Source of the DNA: Piromyces finnis finn
Lineage: Eukaryota; Fungi; Neocallimastigomycota
NCBI GenBank assembly: GCA_002104945.1
Contig: MCFH01000123.1
Location: 1-36,111, forward strand
Reading direction: 5' to 3'
Length of the DNA stretch: 36,111 bases
Shown one piece after another: positions 29,790-36,111 of this stretch. The position numbers and the translations under genes are program-made. The notes under the pieces were generated by a model. That model did no database searches. It was not told the origin of the DNA and worked only from the letters and a program-made list of their open reading frames with translations. Numbering within the stretch: position 1 is the first letter of the stretch; every line of letters begins with the position of its first letter.

Positions 29790-30261
29790 ATAACAATTAC
29801 CCAACGAAGATAGAGAATACGTTAGGGTATCTACCGCCGGGTACAAAAAGCAAGAAAGAACTTTAACTACTGGTTAGAATTGGAAACTACCGCCGAATAA
29901 GAAGAAAGAAGAAATTTTGACTACTGGTTAGAATTGGAAACTACCGCCGAATAAGAAGAAAGAAGAAATTTTGACTACTGGTTAGAATTGGAAACTACCG
30001 CCGAATAAGAAGAAAGAAGAAATTTTGACTACTGGTTAGAATTAGAAACTACCACCGAGTGCAAGAAGAAAGAAGAATTAACCAATAGTAATTAGTAATA
30101 CAAAACTTGTTCGACACTGCTTTGCAGAACGCGTTTGAATAACTTTTGTATTAGGATAAATTGTAGTAGTGTAATTAAAAAAAAAAAAAAAAAAAATTTA
30201 AGATTACTTGAAATAGTAGTAAGAAACCATTTTAATTTTATATTATATATTATATTTTGAA

Positions 30262-33200
30262 TTGGAGGATTTAATTAGTGAGTTTGAAAATTTAAATTTA
30301 GAAATGGGTGATAGGAATGTGGGTGTTTCCGGGAACTCGGGGAACATTATTAATGCTCCACCGACATTTTCTGGTAAACAAAGAGAATTGGATGGATTTT
30401 TAACTAGAGTGGAGTTGGTATTTCGTACTCGACCGACACTGTATAATACAGATCGAGTCAAGGTCGACTTCGTTATATCATACTTTTCTGGTAAACCTTT
30501 GGAATGGGCTTCAGTGTTGATGAAGAATAATAGTGAGGTTTTAAACCATTATGATGAATTTGTAGATAGGTTGAAGGCTAACTTTGGCAGTTATAGATAC
30601 GATACCGTTGTAGCTAACGGAAAATTAGATAATCTTCGCCAAAGGAAACTTGGTCAGGTATTAGATTACATTACCGAGTTTCAACGTATTAGCCAAAATT
30701 CAAGCTTTAATGATAGCGCAAAAATCTACATGTTTCTGAAAGGTTTATTACCACCACTTAGGGAGAAGTTGGCTTTCATTGAATCAAACCCAACTTCAAT
30801 TGAACAATTGATTTCTTCAACTAAAATAGTTGAAGATATGATGAAAAGGAATTCTTTAAGTGAATTTTATTTTAATGGTAGAAGGGCTAATGATCCTATG
30901 GATGTGGATGTATTTAAAATTAGTAGAGAGAATAAACGAAAAAGGTATGTGAATATTCAAGGATCAAGTAAAAATTACAATGAAAACATAGATAACTTTG
31001 AAAAAGAAAAGAAAAAAGGGTTATGTTTTCTTTGTAAACAACCGGGACATTTAAAATTTAATTGTCCTAATAGAGTAAAGCCCAGAAAAGTGTTAAGAAT
31101 TGTTAAAGAAAGGACTCCAAAAATTGTTAATCCAAAAATTTACAAAGTTGGAGTCAAGGGAGTGAAAAGTGATTTAAACCTTGTGGACTTTTACTTGAGT
31201 ACCAATGAAGTTTCGGAAGTTAAAATTAAGGTTTTAATTGATTCCGGTTCTGAATTAAATTTCATTAATCCAAGTCTTGCTGAAGAACTTGGTATTAATT
31301 TGGAAAAAGTAGAACCATTCCGTGTTTCAGGTGTTAGTGATGGAGTTGTTAGTGTTTGGGAAAGGACTGAGAAGTGCATGCTCCGTTGCAAAAATCACTT
31401 CGAAGTAATTCAACTTTATGGATTACAAGTCCCCGGTGTTGATGTTATTCTTGGTTTGCCGTGGATAAAGAAGCATGATCCAAATGCTTTCTACGACTCT
31501 AAGAAAATCGCTTTTAGTTCTGGTTATTGTGCCAGACATTGTAATAAAGGCAAAAGAAAGAGAAAACCAAGAAAGAAGTCAAAGAATGATCAGTTAGATC
31601 ATGATGTTCTCGACCGAAGCTTGACCAAAAAGCCGAAAGTAGATCCCTCTGTCCCAAAAAATGAAGAAAAAGAATATGTTAAAGGCCGCCTTGTTAGAAC
31701 CATCAATGATGAAGATGATAGCGATGATGAATATATTAGTTTTAATAAAAAAGTTAAATGTATTGTAACAAAAATTAATGAAACATGTAATAATGATAAC
31801 GAATCATGTAGTAATAATAATAATAATGGAAAAGATATTAATAAAGATAAATTGGTCGCCGTACCAACCCAATATTTAGAATTTAGTGAAGTGTTTAATG
31901 AAAAAAATTGTGAAGTGTTACCTCCTCATAGACCTTATGATTGTGAAATCAAACTTAAAGATGATTCGACTTTATTTTATGGACCTTTGTATCCATTAAC
32001 TGAAGTTGAAAGAGAGGAACTTAAAAAATATATTGATGATAATTTAAATAAAGGTTTTATTAGGAAATCATCGTCTCCTGCTGGTGCCCCAATTTTATTT
32101 GTTAAAAAGAAGGATGGCTCCCTAAGACTTTGTATCGATTATAGAAAGTTGAATGATATTACCATTCGTAATTCATATCCTTTACCTTTAATTAGTGACC
32201 TTTTGGATAGGGTGAAAAATGCTAAGATTTTTACTAAATTAGACCTTAAATCCGCTTATAATCTTGTTCGTATTAAAGAAGGTGACGAATACAAAACGGC
32301 TTTTCGTACTAGATATGGACATTTTGAATATCTGGTTATGCCTTTTGGATTAAAGAATGCACCTGCAACTTTTCAACACTTCATTAACGATGTCCTTAGT
32401 GACTGTTTAGACGATTTTGTTATCTCATATATTGATGATATTCTTATTTATTCTAATAATATCGAAGAACATCATGAGCATGTTAAAAAGGTACTTAAGA
32501 AACTACTTGAAAATAATCTTTATGTTAAATTAGAAAAATGTGAGTTTGATGTTGAGAAAACCACTTTTCTTGGTTATGTCATTTCAAAGGATGGATTGCA
32601 AATGGATGAAAATAAAGTTAAAGCAATTCTCGATTGGCCGGTTCCCAAGAATGTTAAAGAGGTTCAGTCTTTTATTGGTTTATGCAACTATTACAGAATT
32701 TTTATTAAAGACTTTGCTAAAATTGCAAACCCTCTTCACAAACTCACTAGAAAGAATGTTGCTTTTAACTGGGTGAAAGAAGATCAGGACGCTTTTATTT
32801 TATTAAAATCTCTGTTCACGTCAGCTCCTATTCTGAAACATGCGGATAGTAATAAACAATTTATTGTAGAAACTGATGCTAGTAATTATGCTGTCGGTGC
32901 TATTCTCTCTCAAGAATTTGATGGCAAATTACATCCTATTGCATTTCTTTCTAAAAGTTTGACGAGTTGTCAAAGAAACTATCCTATATATGACAAGGAA
33001 CTTTTAGCTATTGTAGTTGCTCTTGAAGAATGGCGTCATTATTTAGAAGGTGCACGCCATCCGTTCATAATTTATACTGATCACAAGAATTTAACATTTC
33101 CTAGAAAACCTGAAATGTTATCTCAGAGACAAATTAGATGGAATTTGTTCTTATCCAGATTTGATTTTAAACTCATTTATAGAGCTGGAAAGAAATCCGG

Positions 33201-34854
33201 TAAGCCTGATATCCTGTCTCGTAGAAGTGACCATGTAGAGAATAATATTAATTCTGATGTTTCTTGTCTTACTATTTCGTTTCATCATAGCGATAACAAA
33301 CCGTTAATCGATTCTATTTTATTAGAACTTAAAAATGACGATTTGTATAATTCTATTGTCCAATTTAAAATGAATGGTTCTGCATGTAATGCACCTATTA
33401 AAAATATTGATAAAGTTATTATTGATAATGAAGGATTTTTGTTATATAATAATCTTATTTATGTTCCTAAATCTCTTAGGACAAGAGTTTTGGAACTTCA
33501 TCATGATTCTGTTGCTGCTGGTCATTTCGGTATTAAGAAAACCACTGAACTGATTTCCAGAAACTTTTGGTGGCCAAGGTTTCATTCAGATGTTAAATCT
33601 TTTATCAAATCTTGCGTGACTTGTTGCAAATCCAAAGTCCCCAGACATAAGCCTTATGGATTGTTATCCCCTTTGGACACTCCCAGTAGGCCCTGGTCTG
33701 ATATTTCTATTGATTTTATTGTTGATCTTCCTAAGTCCAGAGATATGACAACTCTCATGGTTGTTGTCGATAGATTTACTAAATTTGCTCACGCCATTCC
33801 TTTACGTTGTCTTCCTACTGCTTCGATTGCTGCTGATGCTTTTATTGCTAATGTCTTCCGTTTGCATGGTCTTCCTGATTCCATCATTTCTGATAGAGGC
33901 TCGCAATTTACTTCTGACTTTTGGTCAAGACTTTGTGACCTTCTTAATATCAATCATTCATTATCAACTGCCAACCATCCGCAGACAGATGGTCAAACGG
34001 AGAGGGTGAACGGCATATTAGAACAATATTTCCGTTGTTTTATAAATAAAAAGCAGAATAACTGGGTTGATCTTATCCCATTTGCTGAATTTGCATATAA
34101 TAATACTTTACAACAATCTATAAATCAATCTCCATTCTTTGCTAATTATGGTTTTCATCCAAAGTTCAGCTTAGAAATTCCAGCTAATGATAGACCTAGT
34201 AGAGCTGAACAAAGAGTAATTGATATGAATGAAAACTTTAAATTATTAAAAGAAAACTTAGAAAAAGCAAAAGAAACATATAAGAAATATGCCGATATGA
34301 AGAGAATGATTCCCCCGGAGTTCGAAGTGGGAAAGAAGGTATGGTTATTGAAAGATTCTCCTGGAACTAACCTAAAGAGAAAATTAGCACCTCAAATGCT
34401 TGGCCCATTTGAGATAATTGGAAAAGTTAGTTCTCTCGCTTTCAAATTGAAACTTCCAAAGACAATGAGATGTCATCCAGTCTTTCATGTTTCATTGTTA
34501 GAACCATACTTTGAAAACAAGTTTAACGACAGGTCTAATCGTAGGAAGAGGAACATTCACCTTAACACAGATTTAATTGAAAAAATTCCAGAGAAAATTG
34601 AAAAGATGAAATCTGTTAATGGTGAAACATTTTATAAGTTATCATGGAAAGGATTTGACAAATCCACTTGGATTTCTGAAGATCAGATTCCAGATAAACA
34701 ATTAATACAAGAGTTTGAAAGAAACTCTAAAAAGTCAAAATATAAGTCGAAAGACTCCTCCATGAAAATTAGAAAGAATAAAGTTGGTAATCTAATCAAG
34801 CACAGATACCAACCATTTGTAATTGAAATTCCTTCGAGAAAAGATTCCTTATAA
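30262..34854 (+). CDS. Single-ORF Gag-Pol polyprotein, copy 2 (first ATG 30304)
   Basis: Translation identical to copy 1 in the ORF track. Confidence 0.97.
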   Translation: MEDLISEFENLNLEMGDRNVGVSGNSGNIINAPPTFSGKQRELDGFLTRVELVFRTRPTLYNTDRVKVDFVISYFSGKPLEWASVLMKNNSEVLNHYDEFVDRLKANFGSYRYDTVVANGKLDNLRQRKLGQVLDYITEFQRISQNSSFNDSAKIYMFLKGLLPPLREKLAFIESNPTSIEQLISSTKIVEDMMKRNSLSEFYFNGRRANDPMDVDVFKISRENKRKRYVNIQGSSKNYNENIDNFEKEKKKGLCFLCKQPGHLKFNCPNRVKPRKVLRIVKERTPKIVNPKIYKVGVKGVKSDLNLVDFYLSTNEVSEVKIKVLIDSGSELNFINPSLAEELGINLEKVEPFRVSGVSDGVVSVWERTEKCMLRCKNHFEVIQLYGLQVPGVDVILGLPWIKKHDPNAFYDSKKIAFSSGYCARHCNKGKRKRKPRKKSKNDQLDHDVLDRSLTKKPKVDPSVPKNEEKEYVKGRLVRTINDEDDSDDEYISFNKKVKCIVTKINETCNNDNESCSNNNNNGKDINKDKLVAVPTQYLEFSEVFNEKNCEVLPPHRPYDCEIKLKDDSTLFYGPLYPLTEVEREELKKYIDDNLNKGFIRKSSSPAGAPILFVKKKDGSLRLCIDYRKLNDITIRNSYPLPLISDLLDRVKNAKIFTKLDLKSAYNLVRIKEGDEYKTAFRTRYGHFEYLVMPFGLKNAPATFQHFINDVLSDCLDDFVISYIDDILIYSNNIEEHHEHVKKVLKKLLENNLYVKLEKCEFDVEKTTFLGYVISKDGLQMDENKVKAILDWPVPKNVKEVQSFIGLCNYYRIFIKDFAKIANPLHKLTRKNVAFNWVKEDQDAFILLKSLFTSAPILKHADSNKQFIVETDASNYAVGAILSQEFDGKLHPIAFLSKSLTSCQRNYPIYDKELLAIVVALEEWRHYLEGARHPFIIYTDHKNLTFPRKPEMLSQRQIRWNLFLSRFDFKLIYRAGKKSGKPDILSRRSDHVENNINSDVSCLTISFHHSDNKPLIDSILLELKNDDLYNSIVQFKMNGSACNAPIKNIDKVIIDNEGFLLYNNLIYVPKSLRTRVLELHHDSVAAGHFGIKKTTELISRNFWWPRFHSDVKSFIKSCVTCCKSKVPRHKPYGLLSPLDTPSRPWSDISIDFIVDLPKSRDMTTLMVVVDRFTKFAHAIPLRCLPTASIAADAFIANVFRLHGLPDSIISDRGSQFTSDFWSRLCDLLNINHSLSTANHPQTDGQTERVNGILEQYFRCFINKKQNNWVDLIPFAEFAYNNTLQQSINQSPFFANYGFHPKFSLEIPANDRPSRAEQRVIDMNENFKLLKENLEKAKETYKKYADMKRMIPPEFEVGKKVWLLKDSPGTNLKRKLAPQMLGPFEIIGKVSSLAFKLKLPKTMRCHPVFHVSLLEPYFENKFNDRSNRRKRNIHLNTDLIEKIPEKIEKMKSVNGETFYKLSWKGFDKSTWISEDQIPDKQLIQEFERNSKKSKYKSKDSSMKIRKNKVGNLIKHRYQPFVIEIPSRKDSL

Positions 34855-34890
34855 ATTAATCTCGCAGGAGCTCGACTTAGAGAGAGAGAT

Positions 34891-35494
34891 TGTAAAGATA
34901 TCAAACGCCTCTGTTTGATATCTTTAATGTAACTTAAGCCACAAGTATTATTGTTTAAGTTACACAAATTATATTCAGAAAAAGAAAATGAGACATAATT
35001 TATTTATTAATAATTAAAGTTTAAAACAAAATAAATTATTAATTTATTTTTAATGTTTAACAAGTAAATTAATATTCTCAATTTAAATCCCTAGTTTTAG
35101 TATTGTTTTTTTATAGAAATAGATAAATAATAAATGATTAATATATCAATAATACATGGGCACATATTCAAATTAAATGGTACTTAATTTGAATTGCCAA
35201 TTGTATTTTACTAAAAATAGTTATAGTTTAAATATTTATTAATAATTAAGATTTTAGTGTAGATTTTAAATAATAATATATAAGAAATAAATAGTTATAA
35301 TATAATATAAATGTATTTAGGAAAAATATAAATAGAAGATATTTTTCATCATTTTATCGATGTAATTGTTATTATTAAAATTCTATTATAATAAAAGATA
35401 TTTTTAATAAAACAATTTTTTATTTTTATTTTAAATTTAGTGTTATTGTAATAGAATAGATATCCTAATCTATTCTTTCTGTGTCGACTTTACA
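34891..35494 (+). mobile_element. LTR 3 (604 bp), shared between units 2 and 3
   Basis: Preceded by a PPT and followed by the PBS, 54-bp repeats and gag start. Confidence 0.95.
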
Positions 35495-35966
35495 ATAACA
35501 ATTACCCAACGAAGATAGAGAATACGTTAGGGTATCTACCGCCGGGTACAAAAAGCAAGAAAGAACTTTAACTACTGGTTAGAATTGGAAACTACCGCCG
35601 AATAAGAAGAAAGAAGAAATTTTGACTACTGGTTAGAATTGGAAACTACCGCCGAATAAGAAGAAAGAAGAAATTTTGACTACTGGTTAGAATTGGAAAC
35701 TACCGCCGAATAAGAAGAAAGAAGAAATTTTGACTACTGGTTAGAATTAGAAACTACCACCGAGTGCAAGAAGAAAGAAGAATTAACCAATAGTAATTAG
35801 TAATACAAAACTTGTTCGACACTGCTTTGCAGAACGCGTTTGAATAACTTTTGTATTAGGATAAATTGTAGTAGTGTAATTAAAAAAAAAAAAAAAAAAA
35901 ATTTAAGATTACTTGAAATAGTAGTAAGAAACCATTTTAATTTTATATTATATATTATATTTTGAA

Positions 35967-36111
35967 TTGGAGGATTTAATTAGTGAGTTTGAAAATTTAA
36001 ATTTAGAAATGGGTGATAGGAATGTGGGTGTTTCCGGGAACTCGGGGAACATTATTAATGCTCCACCGACATTTTCTGGTAAACAAAGAGAATTGGATGG
36101 ATTTTTAACTA
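35967..36111 (+). CDS. Start of Gag-Pol copy 3, truncated by the window edge
   Basis: Sequence matches 30262 onward (LEDLISEFENLNLEMGDRNVG...). Confidence 0.93.
   Translation, partial: MEDLISEFENLNLEMGDRNVGVSGNSGNIINAPPTFSGKQRELDGFLT

Larger units (their letters stand above)
23480..36111 (+). mobile_element. Head-to-tail tandem array of a Ty3/gypsy chromovirus with shared LTRs (LTR-int-LTR-int-LTR-int...), right end outside the window
   Basis: Three 604-bp LTRs at 23480, 29186 and 34891; identical 1530-aa ORFs 5705 bp apart; third ORF begins at 35967. Confidence 0.97.

Noticed and set aside
24538-34967. Short overlapping ORFs within the gypsy units (24538, 25486, 26835, 28056, 28978 and their copies)
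   Set aside because: Shadow frames of the polyprotein with no recognisable motifs.

Overview
Extremely AT-rich eukaryotic DNA. The composition, Asn-rich proteins, expanded ankyrin genes and TE types suggest an anaerobic gut fungus (Neocallimastigomycota); this is inference, not verified. Left 23.5 kb: (i) an ankyrin-repeat gene family, with one intact 550-aa gene, the 5' end of a paralog at the window edge sharing conserved upstream blocks, and a ~1300-codon ankyrin reading frame broken by two TAA codons and one homopolymer frameshift; (ii) TE and gene relics: an internally deleted Ty1/copia element with a 206-bp 3' LTR, a bacterial-type AAA-ATPase-like/PD-(D/E)XK pseudogene, and two related LINE relics in opposite orientation; (iii) a young 573-bp, ~42% GC, structured, non-coding, poly(A)-tailed retroposon with a perfect 12-bp TSD, inserted inside the LINE RT sequence (candidate SINE). 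Right 12.6 kb: a head-to-tail array of an apparently intact Ty3/gypsy chromovirus (604-bp LTR - single gag-pol ORF - shared LTR, period 5705-5706 bp, at least 2 full units plus a third running off the window). It has no tRNA PBS. The 11 nt after the LTR are the exact reverse complement of an LTR-internal 11-mer lying 35 nt downstream of a TATA box start, the signature of Tf1-type self-primed reverse transcription. All alignments and structures were read by eye; no searches or folding programs were run.
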